Shown: piece by piece, positions 17,954 to 25,268 of the stretch
Numbering within the stretch: position 1 is the stretch's first letter
Layout of the letters: every line of letters begins with the position of its first letter
IMG/VR virus record: IMGVR_UViG_3300008111_000133
Span: 1-25,268 of that record
Origin: a virus
Lineage: Duplodnaviria; Caudoviricetes
Length of the DNA stretch: 25,268 nucleotides
Strand: one strand, 5' to 3'
Translations under genes and position numbers: made by a program
The notes under the pieces: generated by a model
Seen by the model: the letters and a program-made list of their open reading frames with translations, nothing else
Told to the model about the DNA's origin: nothing
Databases searched by the model: none

Positions 17954-18376
17954 TTATACTGTAAATGTTACCTGATTTAAATCGGGAGTATTAGCCACAC
18001 CAAATGTAATTGAAATTTCAACTTGATTTCTATCTTTATTTTCGTTTGATTGTGCTACATCTATTTGTCTTATATCAACATAAGGTAACCAATTCGTAAT
18101 AGATTCTGTGATTATTTCTTCAATTTTAATCGCTAACCTATCATCATTAAAATCAAATAATAATTCCTGTAAACCACTACCAAAATTAGGTTGCAATAAT
18201 CGCTCACCTTTTTTAGTTAATAGTAAATTTTTAATATTTGAACTAACTTGCTCTTTTGTTGTAAACGATTGATTAAAAGCGGTATTTCCTATTTGTATTG
18301 GCAAGGTTATTCCTATCGCATAATCTTGAAATGCTGCGGTATCTTGAACTAATTTCTGCCCTAATACAATTGCCAT
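17954..18376 (-). CDS. gp25: Baseplate wedge / sheath initiator, T4 gp25 / P2 gpW-like
   Basis: NIKNLLLTKKGERLLQPNFGSGLQELLFD signature; directly upstream of the gp6-like gene. Confidence 0.92.
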   Translation of the reverse strand: MAIVLGQKLVQDTAAFQDYAIGITLPIQIGNTAFNQSFTTKEQVSSNIKNLLLTKKGERLLQPNFGSGLQELLFDFNDDRLAIKIEEIITESITNWLPYVDIRQIDVAQSNENKDRNQVEISITFGVANTPDLNQVTFTV

Positions 18377-18876
18377 TACTTTTTCTTAAATCTTTTTACA
18401 AGTTCAGAATAATCTCTATTCAATGCTTTATCCAATTCAGCTACACCAGTTTGAACACCCAATCCAGTTGGTTGAGGTCCTCTAGCTAAATCACCATAAC
18501 CCATTTTTTCAGCAATTGCAGTTCTACCTACAATTGAACCCATATCACCTTGTCCAAAATTCATTGTTCTGAATCCACCATCACCACTTGCAGGTGCCAT
18601 TGCGGTTTCATTTAGAATTTGGTTAATCATTGGGTTTTTACTGAATTGCTTTTCAGCTACCATTTTAGTTTCAATAGACTCTACCAAAGTTTCATCTTCC
18701 ATCATAGCTTTAGCCATAGATAATCCAGTATTTTTAGGTTTAGCAGGTTGTTTACCTTCTGCTATCAGTTTTTTCATTTCGGCCTTAACAGTTTCCTTAA
18801 TTAAGGTAGGTAATTGTTCTTTCAATTCCTCTTTAATTAAGATTTGTATGGCTTTTAATAATTTATCTGTATTCAT
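18376..18876 (-). CDS. Hypothetical protein (166 aa)
   Basis: TAATG overlap with the gp25-like gene; helical N-terminus; KNPMINQILNET and ALNRDYSELVK segments. Confidence 0.8.
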   Translation of the reverse strand: MNTDKLLKAIQILIKEELKEQLPTLIKETVKAEMKKLIAEGKQPAKPKNTGLSMAKAMMEDETLVESIETKMVAEKQFSKNPMINQILNETAMAPASGDGGFRTMNFGQGDMGSIVGRTAIAEKMGYGDLARGPQPTGLGVQTGVAELDKALNRDYSELVKRFKKK

Positions 18877-18896
18877 ACTTCCTTATTTGTTATGTT

Positions 18897-18905
18897 TATA
18901 AATAT
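18897..18905 (-). promoter_or_regulatory. Putative phage promoter motif ATATTTATA
   Basis: Shared intergenic motif; 20 nt upstream of ATG 18876. Confidence 0.65.
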
Positions 18906-18931
18906 TTGAATTGTTATTTTTGAAAATTAAA

Positions 18932-20146
18932 TTATACTTGTAGAGAAAATTTATCAACTTTAGCCAACGCTTCGGATGATAAAAACCCAGCACCTCCTCG
19001 TTTAACAACATCGCCAGCAATTACACTTGTTATCAATTGGTTTGCATCGGCTTGATTAGACCCAACTGCTTTAATTCCTGTCAATTTTGACATATTTGGT
19101 ATGTTCTTTTTTATAAAGTATCCCAATGTATCGGCTGCACCGGCGGTGGTAGCCACCAAATCAGGATTTTTTACAAGTCTATCATCCTTATATAATGATA
19201 AAGAAGCTGCTGCATAATTTCCTTTACCTGTAAGTTGTATGAATCCTCGACCTCTATATTTATAACCATCACCCACTGCCGTATTACCTAATGTCTGTCC
19301 TACCTTTGTGTCAGGACCATACATCAACTCACCAAATGATTGAGCACTTTTCTTTATTTCATTAAGTTCAGCATCTGTATATTTTGTAGCTCTCTTTGTA
19401 AATATTTTTTTAATTCTTTCATTACTAGTTTTAGAGTAATTCATATTTTCAACTAATGGTTGAGCTCCTGATTCTTTTAGTGCATTTGCCTTTACAGCTT
19501 TAATTATTGCTACATCCGTTATACCAACTTTAATTAGTGATGCTTCTATTAATTTTAAATTTTCGCTTTGCGGTAGCTTTTTAATAGGTTGTTTAGGTTC
19601 TTCGTTTTCATTAAAAATACTTTGAATATCAGACGAGCTATTTCCATTAAATGTCATAGTAGGGTCTGGTGTAAGTGCTTCATCACCATAGATACTAGTT
19701 TGTTTCTGTTGTATTTTAAGTTCTCTAAGTCCCTCACGTATGATTTCAGGATTTTCAATTTTTTCTTCAAGGTTACTAATATGAGTTGTTAATACTTCTT
19801 CATCTAATTCCGTAGAAAATGTACCAGATTGTAATATTTCTTTAGCTTCGCCTAAATTTTCGCGTGTTAGTTGTTCTTCTGTTTTAATTTCTTGCTTTAA
19901 TTCTTCTTCGTCCACTTCGGTAAGTTCAGATTGCTGTAATGAATTTAATGCAACTGAAGGAGTTGCTGGTGTTACGAAATATCCTGTCCAATTTACAACA
20001 GAGGGTAATATTATAGGACTTGGTGCACTTGGAAATACAGAAGTAGTATTTATCAATCCAGTAATTGTTCCTAAATGCTGTTGTGCATATCTAATAAATT
20101 CTTCAATTATTTTTGGTGTATTTTTACTAGGTGGGACTGCTGCCAT
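18932..20146 (-). CDS. Modular glycoside hydrolase family 19 (muramidase/chitinase-like) protein, probably a virion-associated lysin
   Basis: GDGYKYRGRGFIQLTGKGNY and NPDLV are GH19 signatures; the catalytic Glu pair falls in KESGAQPLVEN. N-terminal Pro-rich domain followed by an acidic linker. Confidence 0.88.
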   Translation of the reverse strand: MAAVPPSKNTPKIIEEFIRYAQQHLGTITGLINTTSVFPSAPSPIILPSVVNWTGYFVTPATPSVALNSLQQSELTEVDEEELKQEIKTEEQLTRENLGEAKEILQSGTFSTELDEEVLTTHISNLEEKIENPEIIREGLRELKIQQKQTSIYGDEALTPDPTMTFNGNSSSDIQSIFNENEEPKQPIKKLPQSENLKLIEASLIKVGITDVAIIKAVKANALKESGAQPLVENMNYSKTSNERIKKIFTKRATKYTDAELNEIKKSAQSFGELMYGPDTKVGQTLGNTAVGDGYKYRGRGFIQLTGKGNYAAASLSLYKDDRLVKNPDLVATTAGAADTLGYFIKKNIPNMSKLTGIKAVGSNQADANQLITSVIAGDVVKRGGAGFLSSEALAKVDKFSLQV

Positions 20147-20155
20147 TTTGTTTAT

Positions 20156-22072
20156 TTATTTTTTAGCCATTTTTTTTCTTTCCGCAATGGTATATTGTGG
20201 ATTTTTTCTAGGTGTGGATGTGAATTGGGTCATTAATGCTTGTCTTTGTGCAGTAGTTAATGTACTAAATCCTTTATATTCCCAATGCCAAGTTTCATCT
20301 GGTTTTGCTCCATCACATAAAGCGGACGGATTATACCATCCAAATTTAGGTGCATGAGCTGCAAAAAATTTATACAACGCTTGACCTCTTACAATTTGAT
20401 TTGGCTTTGGTTGAGTAGCTGATACTCCTAATTTTGATGCTGCTCCTTCCGTTTGTATGCATAAAGTACGAACATCAATTGCTATACCCCAACCATGATT
20501 AGAATGACCAGGCACAGCCGCCCTTCCTCTTTCTAGAGTGTCCCATAATCTAGCTTGGGCTTCATAATCTCTATAAAATCCTCCTCCTGGTGTAAATTCA
20601 ACATCTATTGCGTTTTCTGTCAAAAAATCTAAAAATAATTCAAATGTAGCTGCTGCTTCTGGATGTAAATATACCGTACCTTCGATATATCCCGGTCTAA
20701 CTATTTTTCTCATAGCTTCATAAGGAATACCACCATTAGGTCCATCGGGCTTATTAGCTCCTTTTCTTGCAGTTTTACTTCGAGTGGTTACTACATATTT
20801 TTCAAAACCAGGTGGAGCTGAGTTATCCGCTGTTGCTCCCACATTTGTATATATTTGTGGTTCACCACCACCTCCATTTGATTCCTGTGTAGGTGCTTTG
20901 TAAAATTTCTGCGATGCTAAACTAGCTTTTTGAGAACCAACATATTTTAATGCTCCCCAGTGGTCAATACCGCTTGGTGTTTTGGATGCTCCAGCTATAC
21001 CCTCACCTCTACCAGTTGATGGACCTGTATATACATTAGCCGCAGGTACTCCGTTTTTTATAGAGTTTTCTACTTGTTTTTTCGTATTTGCTGATGTTGC
21101 ATAAGGTTCTATAATAAATAAGTTATTTTTATCTACTACATTACTTTTTGAAAGTGCTTCAGATATTTCACAACCTTTACTAAACAAAAATATTGGTAAT
21201 TTTGGATATTCTGATAAAAACTTTATCACAGTTGCTGAAGTAGTAGCAAATACAAATGATTTAACCTTTACATTTCCAAATCCCTGCTTAAACAATTCTT
21301 CTTGTTGGTCAATTTTTAAATCACCTTGTCTATTATCAAGTCCACCAACTAATATTGCTTTAAATTCAGATTCTACTTGAGTTTCTGAAAATGTTAATTT
21401 AGGGGTTTGTGTTATATCTATTGTACCCGGTACCGGCAATCCAGCATCATAATCAATAACTTCGGGATTTTGTATTAGTTCTAGTGTTGCAGTTGGTAGT
21501 GGTGGAAATCCGCCGGCATCAAATTCTTCTTGCAAATTATCTCCAAATTTTTGTGCCTCTATTTGAACTTCTTCTTCCGTTATTGGTGAATCACTAGCTG
21601 CGTTTTCCGCAGAAGGCATATCTATATCATTTGCAATTGAAAATTCATCAGGTTCATCATTAAAAGTATGTAGTTCGGTTCCAGGTATAGGTTTTATCCA
21701 TTGACCAGGATTCAAAACAACATTTGATGTTACGGAAACGTTTGCAGTTGCACCAGGTGGTAATTGTAATGGTATTGGAACATTTTGCATTATAGCACCA
21801 CTCCAATATGCAATAACACCCTTTCCCATTTCTCCAACTAAATCATACGGAGCTGTTGATGATAAACCTTTTTGTAAAGCAGATTTAAATAACTGCTCCA
21901 TAGGTGCTTTATTACCATTTTGTATTTTTATTTTATTGATAGTATCACCACCTCTTTTTATAGCAGCATCGTATTCATCAGCCCATTTTTTAGCAACTTT
22001 ATCAATATCGCTTATATTTTCTGGGTTGTCATAAAAACTCACCATATTATCTTTAAATATTTGCCAAGACAT
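20156..22072 (-). CDS. Modular protein: N-terminal domain + alpha/beta-hydrolase-like domain + M15 (VanY-like) Zn peptidoglycan peptidase
   Basis: C-terminal FYRDYEAQARLW, SNHGWGIAID (SxHxxGxAxD) and ETWHWEY (ExWH) motifs. Middle region has AILVGG, LFSKG, IIEPY and HWGAL. Confidence 0.82.
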   Translation of the reverse strand: MSWQIFKDNMVSFYDNPENISDIDKVAKKWADEYDAAIKRGGDTINKIKIQNGNKAPMEQLFKSALQKGLSSTAPYDLVGEMGKGVIAYWSGAIMQNVPIPLQLPPGATANVSVTSNVVLNPGQWIKPIPGTELHTFNDEPDEFSIANDIDMPSAENAASDSPITEEEVQIEAQKFGDNLQEEFDAGGFPPLPTATLELIQNPEVIDYDAGLPVPGTIDITQTPKLTFSETQVESEFKAILVGGLDNRQGDLKIDQQEELFKQGFGNVKVKSFVFATTSATVIKFLSEYPKLPIFLFSKGCEISEALSKSNVVDKNNLFIIEPYATSANTKKQVENSIKNGVPAANVYTGPSTGRGEGIAGASKTPSGIDHWGALKYVGSQKASLASQKFYKAPTQESNGGGGEPQIYTNVGATADNSAPPGFEKYVVTTRSKTARKGANKPDGPNGGIPYEAMRKIVRPGYIEGTVYLHPEAAATFELFLDFLTENAIDVEFTPGGGFYRDYEAQARLWDTLERGRAAVPGHSNHGWGIAIDVRTLCIQTEGAASKLGVSATQPKPNQIVRGQALYKFFAAHAPKFGWYNPSALCDGAKPDETWHWEYKGFSTLTTAQRQALMTQFTSTPRKNPQYTIAERKKMAKK

Positions 22073-22078
22073 AGTTTA

Positions 22079-23434
22079 CTAATTTATTCTTCTCATATTA
22101 ATTATATCCGGATGATTTGTTTTATTTCTATTTATAAGGTCTTGTTTAGCATCTTCTTCTTTATAATTTTTATTAAATGATGCCCCATCAATCCTAACAC
22201 CATCTTTGAACACTGTTAGTCGTGGTTTTTTATCAATTACTCTATATTCATAGGTATATCCTAATTGAGATTGTGGTGTTGGTTCTTTACCTCCGTTTAC
22301 ACTAGAACCCTGCATAACTTTTTTTGCATTTTCCATAGCTTGATTTGCTTTATCAAATTTTGGTTTTGCAGAATCCAAAGCATCTTTAGAAGATTCTTGT
22401 AATTTTTTTAATTTTTCTTCCTGTGCCTTTGATATATTTGTCATTAAATTTGTAGTAAGTGCACCTGGTACATTTGATATAGCATTAGTAACTTGACCTT
22501 CCAAATTAGTAATAGTATTTAATGTTCCATTAACTACATTTCCTACTGAATTGGTTACCGTACCTACTGCACCTTGAACTGCATTTGTAGCTTGATTTAC
22601 AGTATTTTGTATATCGTTTTTAGCTTTTTCTGCTGCTTTTTTTATTTTATCCGCTTCAGCCTTATAACCAGCAGCAGTATCTTTTAATTGATTTGCAAAC
22701 GCTTTAGCTGCGGCTAATTTATCTTTTAATTTTTTCTTTTTTTTCTCTATTTTAGGTTCTGGTAATTCCTTCTTTTTAAACTTAGGTAATTTCGGTAATT
22801 GAACTTTTGGTATTTCAATTTTTGGTAATTGTTTTGGAAATGCATCTTTTAAATTTTTCCCAACATCCTTTAACCCTTTTAAATTTTCTTTAGCTTGATT
22901 AGCTATATCCTTTCCAGCTGAACTAATATTTCCACCTAAAGTTTTCCCTAAATTCTTTGCAGTATCACCTATTGCAGCACCTGCTCCACCAAGAAAACTA
23001 CCTGCTGCATTTTGCCCAGCTATATTTGATAGTGCCTGTGGTTGTAAAGTTTGTATATTATTTAGTGCTTTTTGTTGTAGTTGTTGTAAATTTTCAGTAG
23101 ATATTGAGAAAGTTGGTAATGGTGGTCTAGCTAAACTGGTTAAAGTTGCTAATTTTGATACTTCGGCTTTTGGTAAAACATTTAATTTATCCCAAGTATT
23201 TTTACCAACAACACCATCGGCAGTTAATCCATTTTTCTTTTGAAATGCTTTTACAGCTTCTTCTGTTTTAGGTCCAAATATACCCAATGGTTCTACACCC
23301 AATTTAGTTTGCAGTAGTTTAACAGAATCATTTTTATCACCCCTTCGTATTGTGGGTAGTTGAGTGTTAGGTGCAGCAGAACCAGATGGAACTAATAATG
23401 CCGGCGTATTTGTAGGAGTTATTACGTTTGACAT
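22079..23434 (-). CDS. Peptidoglycan-binding (PG_binding_1) domain protein with a long low-complexity basic/amphipathic region
   Basis: IRRGDKNDSVKLLQTKLG...GIFGPKTEEAVKAFQKKNGLTADGVVGKNTWDKL is a canonical PG_binding_1 domain. No catalytic motif recognised. Confidence 0.82.
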   Translation of the reverse strand: MSNVITPTNTPALLVPSGSAAPNTQLPTIRRGDKNDSVKLLQTKLGVEPLGIFGPKTEEAVKAFQKKNGLTADGVVGKNTWDKLNVLPKAEVSKLATLTSLARPPLPTFSISTENLQQLQQKALNNIQTLQPQALSNIAGQNAAGSFLGGAGAAIGDTAKNLGKTLGGNISSAGKDIANQAKENLKGLKDVGKNLKDAFPKQLPKIEIPKVQLPKLPKFKKKELPEPKIEKKKKKLKDKLAAAKAFANQLKDTAAGYKAEADKIKKAAEKAKNDIQNTVNQATNAVQGAVGTVTNSVGNVVNGTLNTITNLEGQVTNAISNVPGALTTNLMTNISKAQEEKLKKLQESSKDALDSAKPKFDKANQAMENAKKVMQGSSVNGGKEPTPQSQLGYTYEYRVIDKKPRLTVFKDGVRIDGASFNKNYKEEDAKQDLINRNKTNHPDIINMRRIN

Positions 23435-23437
23435 TTG

Positions 23438-24673
23438 TTAAGATGTTTGATTTAATTTACTTAAAATTGTATTTAGCTTTGATTTTATTTTTGCTAAAGT
23501 TGGTACGTTTTCAGGTCCTACTTTAGTTGGACCCGATGGGGTTAGGTATTGCTGATTTGCTAAAGCATCTATAAGTTCCGCAAGAATATCAACCAAAGTT
23601 TGCCCTTTTACCAATGGTTCTAAGTTTTCGTTTCCTAAAAATATAGAACCTTTACCAGTATGAAATGCTATATTTCTATCGTTAGTTATTACATTAAAAT
23701 CATCCTTAACACTTATATCAATTCCTAATTTATTATCTATTGATAATCCACCATCTGAAATAAATCCATAATCTTTTTTAGAATAAAAAATCATTTCTCC
23801 ACTTTTTGCAGAAAGTATTATTCTCCCAGAGTTTACCAGTATTTGGTCACCATTTAATTTTGTTGGATAGTTAAAAAACGAATCCGGTTTTGTTTCAAAA
23901 TTAGATTTACCTTTATCATCAATAACTCCCGGCTGAAATGGTAATTCATATTGGTCCGATGTAATTGCTACAATAGTCCCATCTCTATTTATATCTTCTT
24001 CAACACCAAATTTTACAGGTTTTTTTCTTGATTCGCTATTTTCATTATTTCTTATAATAATCGATGGCGAAAATTTTTTATTAGGATTGTTATATCCACT
24101 AAATCTTATCGATTGCCCAAAACGACTTTCAATTAAACTATCACCTTCATATAACTTTAATTTATGTATACCTGGTGTTCTTGTAAAATAATCACCAAGT
24201 CCATCATATTTTTTATTTTCATTAACATTACTTCTAACAGTACCAGTAGCCTCAACTTTTTTAATATCTTTTGTCTTATCCGAATCGGTAGGTACTGCTC
24301 CAAACGTTGATGATATAAATTCTTCATTTGCTTGTGCATTTGGTGAAATTTCATTACCAATTCTTCTATATAATGTAACACCAGCAGGACTTTCATATAT
24401 TTCTACTGTTTCGTTTCTAGTAGGTATATTTTTGAAGTTTTTATCAAATGGATACGCTACCGGTAAACTTCCTTTGTCGGATGATGGTTGTGATGTTAGT
24501 TTATATAAAATAGCACCTATAAAACTTGATTCATTGCCAACAACATCTTCTCTATTTTTTATATATTCATGGTTTTCATCTAATATAACACCATAAACTA
24601 CACCAAATCCCTTAGAAGTAGCTCCACCTAAAAGTTGCGCCGATAAACCTGCTGCCGTTTTTCCACTTTGCAT
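23438..24673 (-). CDS. Baseplate central spike/hub protein (gp5/gpV/VgrG-like)
   Basis: N-terminal OB-like region (VAYPF...IPTRNETV), EGDSLIESRFGQSIRFS, short beta-strand repeats (QILVNSGRIILSAK...GGLSIDNKLGIDISVK), and an EPLVKG...TPSGPT apex. Its position ahead of the lysins and gp25 fits this role. Confidence 0.6.
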   Translation of the reverse strand: MQSGKTAAGLSAQLLGGATSKGFGVVYGVILDENHEYIKNREDVVGNESSFIGAILYKLTSQPSSDKGSLPVAYPFDKNFKNIPTRNETVEIYESPAGVTLYRRIGNEISPNAQANEEFISSTFGAVPTDSDKTKDIKKVEATGTVRSNVNENKKYDGLGDYFTRTPGIHKLKLYEGDSLIESRFGQSIRFSGYNNPNKKFSPSIIIRNNENSESRKKPVKFGVEEDINRDGTIVAITSDQYELPFQPGVIDDKGKSNFETKPDSFFNYPTKLNGDQILVNSGRIILSAKSGEMIFYSKKDYGFISDGGLSIDNKLGIDISVKDDFNVITNDRNIAFHTGKGSIFLGNENLEPLVKGQTLVDILAELIDALANQQYLTPSGPTKVGPENVPTLAKIKSKLNTILSKLNQTS

Positions 24674-24674
24674 A

Positions 24675-25067
24675 TTACTTCATTTTCTTTTTTAAATCCT
24701 CTAATTCAAATTCCAAATCATCTACTCTTTCAACCTCTTGTTTAGTTTCTTCCAACTCTTTAAGTAATTGATTCTTTTCAAATTCAGTTAAGAATCCATC
24801 CTGTCCTTCGGTTTTCTTTTCTGATGCTATAATTTTAGTTGCAATTGTTGCAAGTTTAACTAATTGGTCATCGTTCTTTACGGAACTATCAATTAGTGAA
24901 GATAGGATAGGTCCTACACTAGCCACATCACCAGCATGCTTAATCATCTTTTTAAGTTCCTCTATTAAACTACTTATCTTTGCTTTCTTTGAAGTTTGGT
25001 TGTTATAGATGTCTTCGAAAAGAGAACTTAAATTCTTTCCTTTAAATAATTCGAATTCTGTTGACAT
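24675..25067 (-). CDS. Hypothetical helical protein (130 aa)
   Basis: Clean ORF 1 nt from the next gene, preceded by ATATTTATA; appears all-helical. Confidence 0.8.
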   Translation of the reverse strand: MSTEFELFKGKNLSSLFEDIYNNQTSKKAKISSLIEELKKMIKHAGDVASVGPILSSLIDSSVKNDDQLVKLATIATKIIASEKKTEGQDGFLTEFEKNQLLKELEETKQEVERVDDLEFELEDLKKKMK

Positions 25068-25093
25068 ATTAATATATTTACATTTTGTATGTA

Positions 25094-25102
25094 TATAAAT
25101 AT
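25094..25102 (-). promoter_or_regulatory. Putative phage promoter motif ATATTTATA
   Basis: Shared intergenic motif; 26 nt upstream of ATG 25067. Confidence 0.65.
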
Positions 25103-25123
25103 GATTCTATTAAAATGTTGAAA

Positions 25124-25268
25124 TTAGACTGGGATTACTTCAATAGTAATCTTAGGTTGATACCCATCAGGTAGTTGTCTATTAATACCCTTAAATTCGT
25201 TTACTTTGTTCTTAAAGTATGTTATTTGTAATACCTTATCAGTTAGGTTCATTACAGTTTGAGATGAT
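25124..25268 (-). CDS. 3' end of a CDS entering from the right edge (function unknown)
   Basis: Open frame ...SSQTVMNLTDKVLQITYFKNKVNEFKGINRQLPDGYQPKITIEVIPV* with TAA at 25124-25126. Confidence 0.7.
   Translation of the reverse strand, partial: SSQTVMNLTDKVLQITYFKNKVNEFKGINRQLPDGYQPKITIEVIPV

Noticed and set aside
736-22180. Short plus-strand ORFs in the track (736, 3321, 4929, 7452, 9193, 10235, 10912, 12349, 15468, 18298, 19589, 20148, 21920)
   Set aside because: All are antisense shadows of long, motif-bearing minus-strand genes and show no recognisable protein features.
24157-24396. 79-aa nested ORF in the spike gene, considered as an embedded spanin-type gene
   Set aside because: No lipobox Cys or transmembrane segment; it looks like an off-frame artefact.
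4441-24673. Bacterial eCIS, tailocin or T6SS locus rather than a phage
   Set aside because: It is contiguous with phage-type primase and recombination genes, shows phage-like gene density and a dedicated promoter motif, and contains no host genes.
1-25268. tRNA, CRISPR array, structured ncRNA or IS element
   Set aside because: Intergenic gaps are all under 80 bp, and no spaced repeats, cloverleaf or transposase motifs were seen by eye.

Overview
A roughly 30% GC, gene-dense segment of a large contractile-tailed (myovirus-type) bacteriophage genome. All real genes are on the minus strand and use the standard code. In transcription order (right to left): a partial CDS; a helical hypothetical protein; a central spike/hub-like protein; three cell-envelope-directed genes (a peptidoglycan-binding protein, a carrier + alpha/beta-hydrolase-like + M15 peptidase protein, and a carrier + GH19 protein); a baseplate block (gp25-like, gp6-like, a DNRLRE-domain protein, a coiled-coil protein with a C-terminal 'KIIC' module, a 1736-aa wedge/LamG protein, and three tail-collar-related genes). 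These are followed without a break by a GIY-YIG-type nuclease, a small ORF, a DnaG-type primase, and a single-ORF Mre11(SbcD)-Rad50(SbcC) fusion that the ORF track missed because it runs off the left edge. All five intergenic gaps longer than about 35 bp contain the same motif, ATATTTAT(A/T) on the coding strand, a candidate phage promoter. There is one clear intrinsic terminator. The primase 5' end looks damaged or non-canonical, with TAG where a start codon would be expected. A-rich leaders mostly lacking Shine-Dalgarno motifs suggest a Bacteroidota host (inference). No tRNA, CRISPR array or IS element was seen. All family calls come from motif recognition by eye, not database searches.
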